DNA from: an uncultured Muribaculaceae bacterium
Lineage (GTDB): Bacteria > Bacteroidota > Bacteroidia > Bacteroidales > Muribaculaceae
DNA: 64,000 nt
Assembly (NCBI GenBank): GCA_902494515.1
Contig: CABUTS010000002.1
Location: forward strand, 9,912 to 73,911
Reading direction: 5' to 3'
Below the pieces are notes generated by a model. It was not told where the DNA came from and made no database searches. It was given only the letters and a program-made list of their open reading frames with translations. Positions 27,411 to 37,899 of this stretch are shown here, piece after piece; positions within the stretch are counted from its first letter, which is position 1; each line of letters starts with the position of its first letter. Position numbers and translations under genes: made by a program.

Positions 27411-30400
27411 TATAATTTCGGGCCGGAGGCACGGAATCCTCCGGGGGGAGTGACACCGCAACCACCGATGATTATGCGGGAATTTAACGGTTCTCGCTGT
27501 TGCTGTCGATAACCGGGACTTGCGGGTTCTGCGACCATCGACTCCTTTAAGCCGGAAGGCTGGGATTGTTCATCCCTTACTTCGACTCTTGGGGTATCAG
27601 GTTGTTGCTTGACTTCCTCGCCATCCTTTTCATCGTGCTTCGGAGCAAGTTCGGCAGTTATCTTGCGGTCGAGGGCGGCAAGTTCGGATTTTAACGCCTT
27701 TAGCTCTTCCTCCTTGCCCCAAGTCTTTGACACGATGCTCTCGAGGGTCGGGACATCGGCTTTGAGTTTGACCGTGCGTTCCTCGTACTGGGCAATTATA
27801 CCGGGGATCTTCTCCAGAGCGTTGACGAAGTTCATACAAGCGGCATGGGTGTCGCTCATGGCGATAAAGCCGTTGTTGAACTTGTATTTGTAATGACCTT
27901 CGACAACGAAGCGGTTCTGTACGCCTTCTCTGCCGTCAATGACGGTACGCTCCGAGATAATGCTTATCGGGAAGCCATAGACCTCGCCGATGCGCTGATA
28001 TTGGCCGTGGGTGTCGGTACGCTGTGAAAGTCCTTGAAGATGTATGCCCATGTTCTTCTCATCGGAGAGATTGCAGGTGTCGATTGTGAGATTGTTGATG
28101 GGGTTGCCGTCCTTGTCACGCTGAACAACTGCCTCATACCGGGCACGGTCGGCTTTCATCCTCTCAATCGCCGCCTCATTGTTGGCAATGTCGTGGCTGA
28201 TAGTCTGGAGCCGGAAACGGGAATCGCCGATGCCCTTGTTGAATGATTTACGCTCACTCTCCAACGCAGCTATGCGCTTTTCAAGTTTTGCCTTTTCCAA
28301 AAGGTCGGTGTTACCTGACAGAATCGCCATATACTCGGAGAAGTTCATGCCGTTCTTCTCGTCCATAGCACCCTCGTCGATGGTTCTCGCTCCGAGTGCG
28401 CCGGATTTGAGTTGGTCGATGAATGTCGCCTTGCAGTGGAGAAGATTGAACTTGTAGGAGTCCAACGACTTCTCAACGGCATAAATGATTACATCCACCT
28501 TATTATCAGCGTATAGCTTGGCAATCTCGTTGCCGGCTCTTATGCCTCTGCCGTCACGCTGTGTCAAATCGCTTGGGCGCCAGGGTGTATCGCAATGATG
28601 AATCGCAACACATCTTCTTTGAGCGTTGACACCGGTACCCAACATACTGGTCGAGCCGAAAAGCACCCGCACATCGCCGTCGTTCATAGCCTCAATGACG
28701 GCCTTTCGGCTACGCTCCGTCTTACATTCCTGAATAAAGCGTATCTCATGCGCTGGAATACCGTAATCTTCTATCAGTTTTCGTTTGATTTCGGAATAGA
28801 CATTCCACTCGCCGGGCTTATATGTCGATAAGTCGCTGAATACAAACTGTGTGCCACGTTGAGCGTCATATTTATGATAGTATTCCGCTATCATACGGGC
28901 GCAGTGGCTGGCTTTGTTATTCGGGTCATCGCCATATTCAGGATCAATCATACGCATATCGAGTGCCATTTTGCGGGCATAGTCCGTGGCAATAAGCATC
29001 TTCGCTTTTCCTTCGGTCTCAGACAACGGCGCCCTGCCCAATATCGTGGCATCGCCACTCTCGGCAAACTTCATCAGCTTCTCGATGAAGGCTTCCTGCG
29101 CCGGTGTCGGAGGAATGTTGTGGAGTATCTCGTTCTTTCGGGGACGGTCAACTCCAACATCCTCGGCGGTGCGGTAGTCGGTAATCTCATTATAGAACGC
29201 CGCCAGTTCCGGCACCTTGATGAAATACCTGAAACGCTCCTTGGCCACAATGTGATTTGTCACATTGAACTCGTAATCCGTTGTCTTTTTGGCGAAGATG
29301 GCAGCCCACGCATCGAAGCATCTAATCTCCTGCCTTTCAAGCTCATTCGGACGCAGATACTTGAACAATAGATACAGTTCAGTAAGCGAGTTACTGATTG
29401 TTGTACCACTAAGAAAAGTAGCTCCGAGGTCTTTGCCGGTACGCTCTTGAATTGTGCGTATCGCATAGAGAAGATTCAATGCCCGCTGTGAGCCTTCCGA
29501 GTTACCCAAACCCGCCACACGGTCATGTCTGGTGTTGAACATAAGGTTCTTGAACTGGTGCGATTCATCAACGAAGATGTGGTCGATGCCCATCTGCTTG
29601 AAATCCACCACATTGTCCTTGTTCTGCTCCATCTGGTACTGGATAGTTGCAATCTTGGCGGTCAGATTCTCCTTGCGCTTTATCAGACCTTTTAGCATAC
29701 CACGGCTTATGTCGTGGCCCTGTTCCTTGATTACATTTAGGTTTTCCTCGACTGTATCAAGTTCCGCCTGAAGAATCTGCTGCTGCATCTCCGGGGACTG
29801 TGGAATCTTGCCGAACTGGTCGTGCGACATTATCACGCAATCATAGTCGTTGTTCTTGATATTGTTGAAGAAATCCACTCGCTTGTCAGCCTTGAAACTC
29901 TTTTCATCGGCGAACAGTATACGGGCGTTTGGATAGGCAGACTGATAGGTCATGGCAATCTCGGCTACATTGGCTTTCAGACCGATAATCATCGGTTTGT
30001 GTGCCAGCCCCAGACGCTTCATTTCATGTGCTGCAATGCACATTATCAGCGTTTTACCTGTTCCAACTTCGTGGTCACAAATTCCGCCGCCGTTCTGTTT
30101 CAGCATCCAGATACAGTCCTTCTGGCTTTGATAAATGGAGCTGATTCCGTAGCGGTCTCCGAGGATTTTCATGTTCAAATCCGGGAATGTCTGATGGCTT
30201 CCGTCATACTGCGGGCGCACGAAGCAGTTGAACTTGTCGTTATACAAGTCCACCAGCCGTTCCTTGAATTCCGGACTTTGTGCTTCGAGCCACTCCGAGA
30301 ATCCGTTTCGGATTTCGTCAATCTTGGTGTTGGCGAGTTGGATAGCCTCGTTGTCCGGCACCTTTATGTCGTGTCCGTCATCATCCTTGCCGATTGATTT

Positions 30401-33400
30401 CTTTATGTCAGGCACGGTATTGTTAAGGGCGTGTTTCAGAAGGCTCATGCCGTCATAGACACGGTAGTAACCCCTGACACAAAATTCCTCCCAGATTTTC
30501 ATGTTCTTGCGGGAAGCGTCACATGAATACTCGTCCATCGAGGAAGAATAGGCAATCCTTATGTCGGTTTCATAGAGATGGCTCATATATGCCGAGTAAA
30601 TGCCTGTTGGGATCCAGCGTTCTCCGAAATTGAAATCCAGCTCGTCGAACCCGATACGGCGCGGCCGGGCTTCCTCCAACGCTTTGAGGGAATCCTTAGA
30701 CAGGGCTATGAACGGCTCGATGCCGTCATAGCCGGGGAAGCCGCTTATCCGTTCTTCCTCACGGTCTATCCATGCTCTGACTTGTTCAGCTTTGGCAACG
30801 ACATTACCGGCAATGAATCGGTCTTTAATCTCGTAATTTTCCACAAGGGGATTATAATATATGTGTCCTTCAAGATTCTGGGTAAGTGTTTCCTCGTCCA
30901 TATCCACAAGTGACGACATATATTCGAGATTGACCTCTCCATATTTGTTGAGCGATGCTGTGAGAGCCTCCATAGGAGTATCTACCGAAGTAACCTCGTC
31001 AACGGAGAATGAAACGGGATGGTCGAAAATATCGGCCTTGACAAAGCGTCCGTTCTCCCCACGCTCCAGAGCCAGAGCATCGCGTCCGTTGGCGTCCATC
31101 AAAATGAACTTGATGTTCTGCTTCTCGTTGAGGTTTCCATAACGCTCCACGAACTCGTCGTAATACTGGTTGAGGTGTTCGCGCAATTCAGCACTTACCT
31201 CATGCGTCTCTGCCTCGTAGTTGTAGAGCTTCTGATATGTTTCCGAGAGGGTTACATACAGCATGGCGCGTTTCTCCTGCTCCGGCTTGACTGCCAAAGG
31301 TGTGAAAGTAGCACTGTTCTTGCGCACATCGGAGAGGAAACCGAGTTGAACTCCGTCCACGACCATTGAGCCATTGTGATGGAAGAACTGAATGTCCTCC
31401 GAGAAAGGACGGGGCGACATATCGCGCTCCGGGGCTTTCGGCTCGATGGGTATTGCCGTGATTTTCGGTTGACGGGCCATGCCACCGGGTATGAAATCAC
31501 CTTCGGTTTTTTCGATGTATGTTTCTCCGGGGGCGATACCCGCTGCCTCCGCCGCCTCTTGCGAAGCCTTCTGCTCCGCAGCCAACCGCTCACGTTCAGC
31601 AATCTGGGCATGGGCAATCGACATCATGGCTTCATAAAAGCCGTTGATGGGCGGGTTATCATCCCAGTTCAGCGCGCCATAAAACTCCAACTCTTTGTCG
31701 GTGAGCTTACGGAATCCGGTAGCCTTGACAGGCTTTGCCTCTGTTGCGGGATTGGCAGGTTTCGGCTTATCCTCCGGCTTTGTCATCTGCTGACGGCGGT
31801 TGTTTTTCTGCTGAATCGGCTCCAGTTCCCCGAAAAGATTGTAGGAAAACAGTCGGGGGTCGGGATTGTCGGAATAATCCGGACTGCCGTCAGTCTCTAT
31901 CTCTTTGGCAGGTTCAGGCTTAGGCTCAACCTTTGTAGTTTCCACTGCCGTCGGGGTCGGCTTTGGAGGTTCCACGGGCTTTGACTCCGCCTTTGGACGC
32001 TGGTTAGGCGTAACAGTCTCGACAACCTTTTGTCTGGTGGTCTTTGTTAGTTTCGGATCTTCCAACTGCTCGCAGATAGCCACACGATGCCCGGCCCGCA
32101 CAAGTTTGGGCAGATACACATCGAGGGCATGATGCGGAAATCCTGCCAGTTCAATACGGCTGTCAACGCCACTCTGCCTGCGGGTCAGAGTAATGCCGAG
32201 TACCTCCGAAGCCTGTACCGCATCCTTGCCGAAAATTTCATAGAAGTCACCGACACGGAAAAGAAGAATTGCATCGGGATGTTTCTTTTTCATCTCCCGA
32301 TACTGCTTCAACAGCGGCTCGTTCTTCTGCTCAATCTTCTGGGCAAGTGGCTTTTCTTTCGGCGTTTCAGGCTTTACCTCCGGCTTTGGCGTAGGAGTCG
32401 GCTTTACAGGGTTTGGTGTAGGAGGTTTGATGCCGTTGGAATTATACAATTCCAGATTAAGGCGTAGGCGCAACGAATCATCGAGCGCAGTACGCAGGTC
32501 GCGGGCAATGCCTTCAACACCGTCTTCATGTTTATAGATTATAGCCGGTTTGCCGTAAGGGTCAGTGCCAACCTTTGCATCAGTGCATATCACATTCTGC
32601 GGGAACGCCATCAGATATTTGTTGCCCGGCACCTTCGTACCTCGGTCAACAATCGACTGGATGAAAAATTCTTCGTCAGCCGACAGCGTTTTCTTGCCGG
32701 TATGCTTTTGCAATATAATCAAATCACTGCCAGCATCAGTTCCTGCGTTGTCGCTGAAGGTATTGTTAGGCAGACGCAGAGCCGTCACAAGGTCGGCACG
32801 CTTAACCATCTCCATACGGATGAAAGGAGAGGCACCGTTCAACACTCCTTGCGAGGCGATGAAGGCAACCAATCCACCCTCGCGCACTTGGTCGAGTGCT
32901 TTGAGAAAGAAATAGTTGTGTATAGCCTTGGTCGATTGACGATAGGCAATCTCCTTGCTCACAGCATACTCAGGGTCGGCAACCGCAAAATCCCCGAAAG
33001 GAATGTTTGAGGCGGCGACATCGAAGTATCCAGTGAAATCACTCTCTATCTTCTCAAAGCCCTCTACACGGGTAAGAATCGACGGATGCAAGGCAGACAA
33101 AATTTTACCCGTGAGCAAATCCTTCTCGTATGCCAGCACCTCGGCACCGGGATACCTGTCATTGCGCAGAAACGAGTCGATAAATGCCCCCTGACCAGCA
33201 GACGGTTCAAGGAAACTCCTAACCTCGACGCCGGAATTTTTCATAGCATCCGAAATGGCGTCAATGACCGGAGCGGGAGTATAGAACGCCGTCAGCACCG
33301 AGGCTTTGAGCGAATCCATGTACCCGGCAAAATCCTTGTCATCCTTTGAATAATCATGGATAAGACGTCGCAATTCCACCGTCGGTGCAAACAGCTCAAT

Positions 33401-33601
33401 GTCCGATTTGCTCCACTTGGCGGCATCCGCCAACTCATTGGCATCATTGAGGATACATTTCAGACCGCCGAATCCGGCATACTTGCGCAGCACTGCAATT
33501 TCCTCGGCAGACTGCGCCCCGCGCCCCTTGACCCCGAGGCTAAACACCATCCGTATAGCCTCGATGTTGTCGCGCATCGTTTGTAATCGGTTATAAGCCA
33601 T
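27410..33601 (-). CDS. giant N6-adenine methylase / SNF2-like helicase (DarB/BmhA-like) with an internal MutS domain I
   Basis: [10 protein letters not shown] and SNIPF methylase motifs; [13 protein letters not shown] and QRDGRGIR helicase motifs; [11 protein letters not shown]utS-I segment. Confidence 0.92.
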   Translation of the reverse strand: MAYNRLQTMRDNIEAIRMVFSLGVKGRGAQSAEEIAVLRKYAGFGGLKCILNDANELADAAKWSKSDIELFAPTVELRRLIHDYSKDDKDFAGYMDSLKASVLTAFYTPAPVIDAISDAMKNSGVEVRSFLEPSAGQGAFIDSFLRNDRYPGAEVLAYEKDLLTGKILSALHPSILTRVEGFEKIESDFTGYFDVAASNIPFGDFAVADPEYAVSKEIAYRQSTKAIHNYFFLKALDQVREGGLVAFIASQGVLNGASPFIRMEMVKRADLVTALRLPNNTFSDNAGTDAGSDLIILQKHTGKKTLSADEEFFIQSIVDRGTKVPGNKYLMAFPQNVICTDAKVGTDPYGKPAIIYKHEDGVEGIARDLRTALDDSLRLRLNLELYNSNGIKPPTPNPVKPTPTPKPEVKPETPKEKPLAQKIEQKNEPLLKQYREMKKKHPDAILLFRVGDFYEIFGKDAVQASEVLGITLTRRQSGVDSRIELAGFPHHALDVYLPKLVRAGHRVAICEQLEDPKLTKTTRQKVVETVTPNQRPKAESKPVEPPKPTPTAVETTKVEPKPEPAKEIETDGSPDYSDNPDPRLFSYNLFGELEPIQQKNNRRQQMTKPEDKPKPANPATEAKPVKATGFRKLTDKELEFYGALNWDDNPPINGFYEAMMSIAHAQIAERERLAAEQKASQEAAEAAGIAPGETYIEKTEGDFIPGGMARQPKITAIPIEPKAPERDMSPRPFSEDIQFFHHNGSMVVDGVQLGFLSDVRKNSATFTPLAVKPEQEKRAMLYVTLSETYQKLYNYEAETHEVSAELREHLNQYYDEFVERYGNLNEKQNIKFILMDANGRDALALERGENGRFVKADIFDHPVSFSVDEVTSVDTPMEALTASLNKYGEVNLEYMSSLVDMDEETLTQNLEGHIYYNPLVENYEIKDRFIAGNVVAKAEQVRAWIDREEERISGFPGYDGIEPFIALSKDSLKALEEARPRRIGFDELDFNFGERWIPTGIYSAYMSHLYETDIRIAYSSSMDEYSCDASRKNMKIWEEFCVRGYYRVYDGMSLLKHALNNTVPDIKKSIGKDDDGHDIKVPDNEAIQLANTKIDEIRNGFSEWLEAQSPEFKERLVDLYNDKFNCFVRPQYDGSHQTFPDLNMKILGDRYGISSIYQSQKDCIWMLKQNGGGICDHEVGTGKTLIMCIAAHEMKRLGLAHKPMIIGLKANVAEIAMTYQSAYPNARILFADEKSFKADKRVDFFNNIKNNDYDCVIMSHDQFGKIPQSPEMQQQILQAELDTVEENLNVIKEQGHDISRGMLKGLIKRKENLTAKIATIQYQMEQNKDNVVDFKQMGIDHIFVDESHQFKNLMFNTRHDRVAGLGNSEGSQRALNLLYAIRTIQERTGKDLGATFLSGTTISNSLTELYLLFKYLRPNELERQEIRCFDAWAAIFAKKTTDYEFNVTNHIVAKERFRYFIKVPELAAFYNEITDYRTAEDVGVDRPRKNEILHNIPPTPAQEAFIEKLMKFAESGDATILGRAPLSETEGKAKMLIATDYARKMALDMRMIDPEYGDDPNNKASHCARMIAEYYHKYDAQRGTQFVFSDLSTYKPGEWNVYSEIKRKLIEDYGIPAHEIRFIQECKTERSRKAVIEAMNDGDVRVLFGSTSMLGTGVNAQRRCVAIHHCDTPWRPSDLTQRDGRGIRAGNEIAKLYADNKVDVIIYAVEKSLDSYKFNLLHCKATFIDQLKSGALGARTIDEGAMDEKNGMNFSEYMAILSGNTDLLEKAKLEKRIAALESERKSFNKGIGDSRFRLQTISHDIANNEAAIERMKADRARYEAVVQRDKDGNPINNLTIDTCNLSDEKNMGIHLQGLSQRTDTHGQYQRIGEVYGFPISIISERTVIDGREGVQNRFVVEGHYKYKFNNGFIAMSDTHAACMNFVNALEKIPGIIAQYEERTVKLKADVPTLESIVSKTWGKEEELKALKSELAALDRKITAELAPKHDEKDGEEVKQQPDTPRVEVRDEQSQPSGLKESMVAEPASPGYRQQQREPLNSRIIIGGCGVTPPGGFRASGPKL

Positions 33602-34043
33602 TGCGGTATTGTTCTAAAATTTCCGCAATAGTGGCGGCAAGCTCATTCTGGAATTCCGGAAAATCCTCTCTGCTGAGAAAATCACCGTTTACCTCATACC
33701 TATCAAGAATTTTGTTGATGAAGCGTAGTCCGAGCAGCAACTCTGCCCAGTTCTGTTTCTGTTCTTCTTCCGGGAGATCATTGTGGAACAATTCATCGAG
33801 AAGATTATAGATGACATCCCAGCGGGACACATAATATCCATTGAGAAGAACGCGCATGGCAAGCTCACGGGCCACAACGACATTGTGCCCTTCAAGACGG
33901 TATGCAGTATAGGAATTGTAAGCGGAGTCAGCTCGGAATTTTATGAAATCCTCGTTTGACGCTTCCGGGAAATGATGGTCACGGAGATGACCTTGGAGAT
34001 AGACTCGGAAATCGTCCAGCTCCATAATATATGGTTGTTTCAT
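33591..34043 (-). CDS. DUF1896-like conjugative transposon protein
   Basis: [32 protein letters not shown] pattern; conserved position upstream of the methylase; start MKQPY at 34043. Confidence 0.75.
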   Translation of the reverse strand: MKQPYIMELDDFRVYLQGHLRDHHFPEASNEDFIKFRADSAYNSYTAYRLEGHNVVVARELAMRVLLNGYYVSRWDVIYNLLDELFHNDLPEEEQKQNWAELLLGLRFINKILDRYEVNGDFLSREDFPEFQNELAATIAEILEQYRNGL

Positions 34044-34110
34044 AACACGGGAATTAGTGGTTATCCCGATGCCTTTTCGTAACGCAACATTCAATGTCGC
34101 AACAGGATAT

Positions 34111-34196
34111 AAAGAAAGGACACCGGGTATCCCTCCCGATGTCCGACCACTAAATCCACGTCAAAAATGAAACAAAAACATTATGACGTTGAATCA
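34111..34196 (-). ncRNA. RteR-like small RNA (about 85 nt)
   Basis: TATATTTG box at 34201-34208 (minus), 5' hairpin (acgtca/tgacgt), single-stranded GGAUUUAGUGGUC, terminator GGACAUCGGG/CCCGGUGUCC-UUUCUUU. Lies just downstream of the exc-like gene, as rteR does in CTnDOT. Sequence homology to RteR was not checked. Confidence 0.7.
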
Positions 34197-34258
34197 AGTG
34201 CAAATATAATCATTTATTCGGACACGGGAGGGATATTAACGGTATTTAATTGTGGGGG

Positions 34259-35455
34259 TCATGCGGATTTAACCTTTGGGCTGCGGTTCCGGCGGCTTTT
34301 CTTTCGCATGGCCCGCTTCTCCGCCGGGGACAGCGCGAAAGCATCGATGACACGCTTGACGATGAGGTTGTATAGCTTTTCCTCGTCGCGGGTGAGGTCG
34401 GTAGGATGCAGCCCGGTGGTCACGATTCCGTGGCCGTTGTATCGGTTCTCTCCGAGGCGGAAGTTGTGGCGGCGCGAGGGTTTGCCTTTGGGTACCGACG
34501 CTCCCCACTTGCCGTTGAAGCGAAGCACCTCCTTGTTCCGGCGCATAAGTTTCCATGCTCCTGCCGGTATGGTGTTCTGCATTACCAGCGGATAGGATAT
34601 GAGTTTCTTGGCGTAGAGGTTGTAGGCGGTCTGTATGGTTTTCTGGTGGTCGAAGTCCAGTTCCGTGGCCGCTTCCACCATCAGGGCAGTCAGGTTGTAG
34701 AGCGGCAGGGCATCGGTTACGACGGCGACATAGTTGTCGGCGAAGCCACAGTCACCCTCTTTGGGAGCCGGTATTCCGAGCTTTTCGGCGTCTTTCTCTG
34801 CTTGTACGGTGGAGACTTCCTCCACTATCGGATCACCGACGAGCGCCACACTCTCCTGCGTGGCTTTCACCAGATGGTTGTATATCGACTCGCTGAGCCA
34901 TGTCTCGTATTCGGCAATGTCAGTGGTCCCGTGCATTATGCCGTGGCGTATGGCGCCTTTCGTGAGTATCGGTAGCCATGCCCGGCGCACCTCGATGGGG
35001 CAGGCGATGAAGTAGTAGATATTGAGAAAGTCGAGGTCGCCGCCGATTTCTGGAATCATGGCGTTGACGACGGTACGGCTCATCTTCCAGAGAGCCTTGA
35101 TTGTGGATAGCTGCTTGGTGTCCTCGGCGGTTTTCTTGTAGCCGACAAGATGGTCGTAGTTGCGCATGGCGAACTTGAAGTTATGGGCGTACACCAGACG
35201 GCAGTCCATATTGGTGGAGAGAACGAAGCTCTCGTCAGGCGAGAACGTGGCTTCGATTACCTGGCCGTTTGTCCATGTCACGGCATAGCCGTTGCCGAGA
35301 TAGTAGCCTTCATGTTTTTCGTTTGCGCCGATTGCTCTGGCGATTGTGTCAGCCGTGAGCTGGTGGTCTGTCACGACTGTTATGAGATTTTTTGTTTCAT
35401 TTTTACGATTTTTTATTGGTGGATATTTGGAGATAGTGGTCTTTTGAAATAGCAC
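34259..35455 (-). CDS. degenerate, shortened Exc/topoisomerase III-like protein; start uncertain, possibly frameshifted
   Basis: IARAIGANEKHEGYYLGNGYAVTW Toprim-like N-terminus, LYAKKLISYP. The best ATG (35400) is out of frame by one base in an A6 run. Confidence 0.7.
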   Translation of the reverse strand: MLFQKTTISKYPPIKNRKNETKNLITVVTDHQLTADTIARAIGANEKHEGYYLGNGYAVTWTNGQVIEATFSPDESFVLSTNMDCRLVYAHNFKFAMRNYDHLVGYKKTAEDTKQLSTIKALWKMSRTVVNAMIPEIGGDLDFLNIYYFIACPIEVRRAWLPILTKGAIRHGIMHGTTDIAEYETWLSESIYNHLVKATQESVALVGDPIVEEVSTVQAEKDAEKLGIPAPKEGDCGFADNYVAVVTDALPLYNLTALMVEAATELDFDHQKTIQTAYNLYAKKLISYPLVMQNTIPAGAWKLMRRNKEVLRFNGKWGASVPKGKPSRRHNFRLGENRYNGHGIVTTGLHPTDLTRDEEKLYNLIVKRVIDAFALSPAEKRAMRKKSRRNRSPKVKSA

Positions 35456-35518
35456 CGGAGATTCCGGACTCTGCCGGATGCTGTTTTCAGTTTCGGGATT
35501 TACTTGTTGACAGGCGGT

Positions 35519-36985
35519 TTACATCTTCGGGCCTTTGGGCTTACGCTGCTGTTTCGCCTGTTCCTCGTTCTTGGGAGAGGTCTGGTATTTCTGGAGCGGC
35601 TCTGCGACGTGCTTTGTCGCCTCGTTGGTCAGACCGTCGGTATTGACCGCCTTCTGTGTCTTGGATTCCTCGGCCACCGTCACACGCGGGTCGTTGAGCG
35701 ATGTTGTGGGACGCTGCTTCTCAGGGTTGAATTTGAGATATACCGTGTTGAGCTGCCCTTGCTTGTCGGGAATGTTCGTCAGTTCCACGACTTTGCCGGC
35801 GGTATAGTCGGCTTGCTGCTGAGGTGTCATCGGCACACCGGCCCATTTTGATATGGGCTTGATTTTGCCGTCTTTTGTCATCCATGACGACTGCTGCTGA
35901 CCCTGCGCCTTCTGTTCTTTCTGCTCCTGATGCCTTGCGCCGCCGGGCACAAACTCTACACCACGACGGTCTGCCGATACCTGAAGCACGACATTATATG
36001 TCTTGCCGTTCTTGTCGGAGATTTCTTTCGGGGGAAGTGCCTTGCCCTGTTTCAGCTCGTTGATCTCGGCCATCGTCAGTTTGGTGTTGCCGATGGTGTC
36101 GCGGATGAATACATCCTTGACAGGGATGGATACGATTTCGTTAGTGTAGCGGTCGATGCTGACGAATGACGGTATTTTCTCGCCGTTCTTGCCGATTAGT
36201 TCCACAACCTTGCCGAGATTGCCGGTCTCGCGCAACGCAGCCTTTTCCTCTTTTGAGAATTTGTAGCCCTCAAACTCTTGGTCAAGTTTAGGTTCGCGGT
36301 GGATGAAATGGGGTACCACCTTGACATTGCCGTCAGGGTCTGTTCTGAACGACAGGCGGGCGTCGATAGGGAATTTCTCCCCGGCGAAAGTAGGCGTTAC
36401 TGTGACGAGTCGTGACTTGCGGTTGTAGAGCATCTCTTTCAGGTCGCCGCTCTTTTCAAGTTCGGCACGGTCGATGCCCCATTTCTCTTTGAGGTTGTCC
36501 CAGTCGATTTTGCTTTCGTCGATTGCGCTGTGTCTGGCCTCTTTTTCAGGAGCCTCTGCATTTCCGGCGGAATTGGTGTCCTGTTTCGGGGATTGGGCAG
36601 ACTGTTCAACCTTCGGATCCGCAGTCTGCTCCACATCCTGCGATGCCTGTGGCACCTCGACCACATTGTTTTTGAGCATCTCGGCATTTGCCACGGGATC
36701 TTTGGCGAAGTCGCCGATTACTGTGCCAACCGTGTCGTAGCGGTCGGCGGGTACACGGAAGAATCCGAATGTCGAGGGGTTCTTGCACTGACGCACGAAG
36801 TTCGACATGAAGGCTTCGAGAGGGTTCTGGCCTTTGGAGAATTTCACGAGGTCAGAGAGTTTCGCCGACTTTACATCGGTCATCTTGGGTGTGCCGTCCT
36901 CGTTGAGTCCGGTCACTGCGCCTACCTGCCCGGTGTCGTTGTTGCGGGCGATAAGCACTTCTTCTTGATTCAGGTCTTTTGCCAT
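35519..36985 (-). CDS. DUF3945/DUF4099 conjugative transposon protein
   Basis: FMSNFVRQCKNPS, IDWDNLKEKWGI, LRETGNLGKVVEL, SIDRYTNE, AVNTDGLTNEATK. Confidence 0.85.
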   Translation of the reverse strand: MAKDLNQEEVLIARNNDTGQVGAVTGLNEDGTPKMTDVKSAKLSDLVKFSKGQNPLEAFMSNFVRQCKNPSTFGFFRVPADRYDTVGTVIGDFAKDPVANAEMLKNNVVEVPQASQDVEQTADPKVEQSAQSPKQDTNSAGNAEAPEKEARHSAIDESKIDWDNLKEKWGIDRAELEKSGDLKEMLYNRKSRLVTVTPTFAGEKFPIDARLSFRTDPDGNVKVVPHFIHREPKLDQEFEGYKFSKEEKAALRETGNLGKVVELIGKNGEKIPSFVSIDRYTNEIVSIPVKDVFIRDTIGNTKLTMAEINELKQGKALPPKEISDKNGKTYNVVLQVSADRRGVEFVPGGARHQEQKEQKAQGQQQSSWMTKDGKIKPISKWAGVPMTPQQQADYTAGKVVELTNIPDKQGQLNTVYLKFNPEKQRPTTSLNDPRVTVAEESKTQKAVNTDGLTNEATKHVAEPLQKYQTSPKNEEQAKQQRKPKGPKM

Positions 36986-37070
36986 AAATTAAAAAGGTGT
37001 TTGGGGGTTTGCAACTGGCGCCGTTGCCGGCGCGATAATTATGGTGTGTGAAAGTGTGTCAATTTTTGTC

Positions 37071-37376
37071 TTACCTGCCAGCGAAGGCTTCAACCACATC
37101 CGCTATGCGGTAAATAATCTTGCTGTTTTTCCCTTTGCCCTGTCGGGTATAGGCTATCTCGCCGTTCTTCCTCATGTCGTAGAGCTTTCGCTCCGACACC
37201 CCGTATTGCTCACAGACCTCGCGGGTCGTCATTGTCTGCTTGTCTGGGTCGAGGACGGAGAAGCCTTGAAGGAGACCTATGAACTTCCTCCCGAATCCCT
37301 CCAGCCGCGCGTCGAGCTTTGTTTCCAGCTCCTTCATCATCCGGCAGAGGGTCTTGAACTCGTGCGAACTGATCAT
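37071..37376 (-). CDS. HTH excisionase-like protein (Xis2d position)
   Basis: MTTREVCEQYGVSERKLYDMRKNGEIAY MerR-like HTH_17. Confidence 0.8.
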   Translation of the reverse strand: MISSHEFKTLCRMMKELETKLDARLEGFGRKFIGLLQGFSVLDPDKQTMTTREVCEQYGVSERKLYDMRKNGEIAYTRQGKGKNSKIIYRIADVVEAFAGR

Positions 37377-37738
37377 AGGGCGGGAACTTTTTTGTTCCTA
37401 TTCTTTATGTCCTCCAGCACGGCCTCGCTCCATTTGAGATTGAGGCGACGGATGGCTTTCAGCAGGGGCGGAAGATGATAGAACACCTCCCGGCCACGCT
37501 CTATCCAAGTGAGCTGGTAGCGTCGGCGCATCCTCTGGAGCTGACGGGTTGACATGTGCAGCAGACGGGCTGCCATAGCGTTGGGGATTGGCGGGATTGA
37601 GGATAATTCATCCTTTTCCTCCTTCGCCTCTTTCTTCTTCCTGTCCTCTTTGGTCAGGAGGGCGAGTATCAGCGACAGGGTTTCTTCGAGAGTGACCGTG
37701 CGCTGATAGAGCATTTCCAGTGTAATCTGTTGTTCCAT
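37373..37738 (-). CDS. HTH excisionase-like protein (Xis2c position)
   Basis: AARLLHMSTRQLQRMRR HTH; first gene of the excision operon. Confidence 0.7.
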   Translation of the reverse strand: MEQQITLEMLYQRTVTLEETLSLILALLTKEDRKKKEAKEEKDELSSIPPIPNAMAARLLHMSTRQLQRMRRRYQLTWIERGREVFYHLPPLLKAIRRLNLKWSEAVLEDIKNRNKKVPAL

Positions 37739-37764
37739 TCTTCTTCGGATTTAGTGTTACGCTG

Positions 37765-37819
37765 GCAAAGTTATATAGATGCAGGAAGGTCACTTGGAAA
37801 CCTTACGGGAACGTTCCCG
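37765..37819 (-). promoter_or_regulatory. excision-operon promoter with upstream palindrome
   Basis: TAACTTTG box (minus) and perfect 14-bp palindrome CGGGAACGTTCCCG at 37806-37819. Confidence 0.6.
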
Positions 37820-37899
37820 AAAATAATTTTTGGAGAGGAAAAGACAAAGCGCCGGCCATTGATATATAGCCGACGCTCCGTCAACGGGTTAGCTGTATA

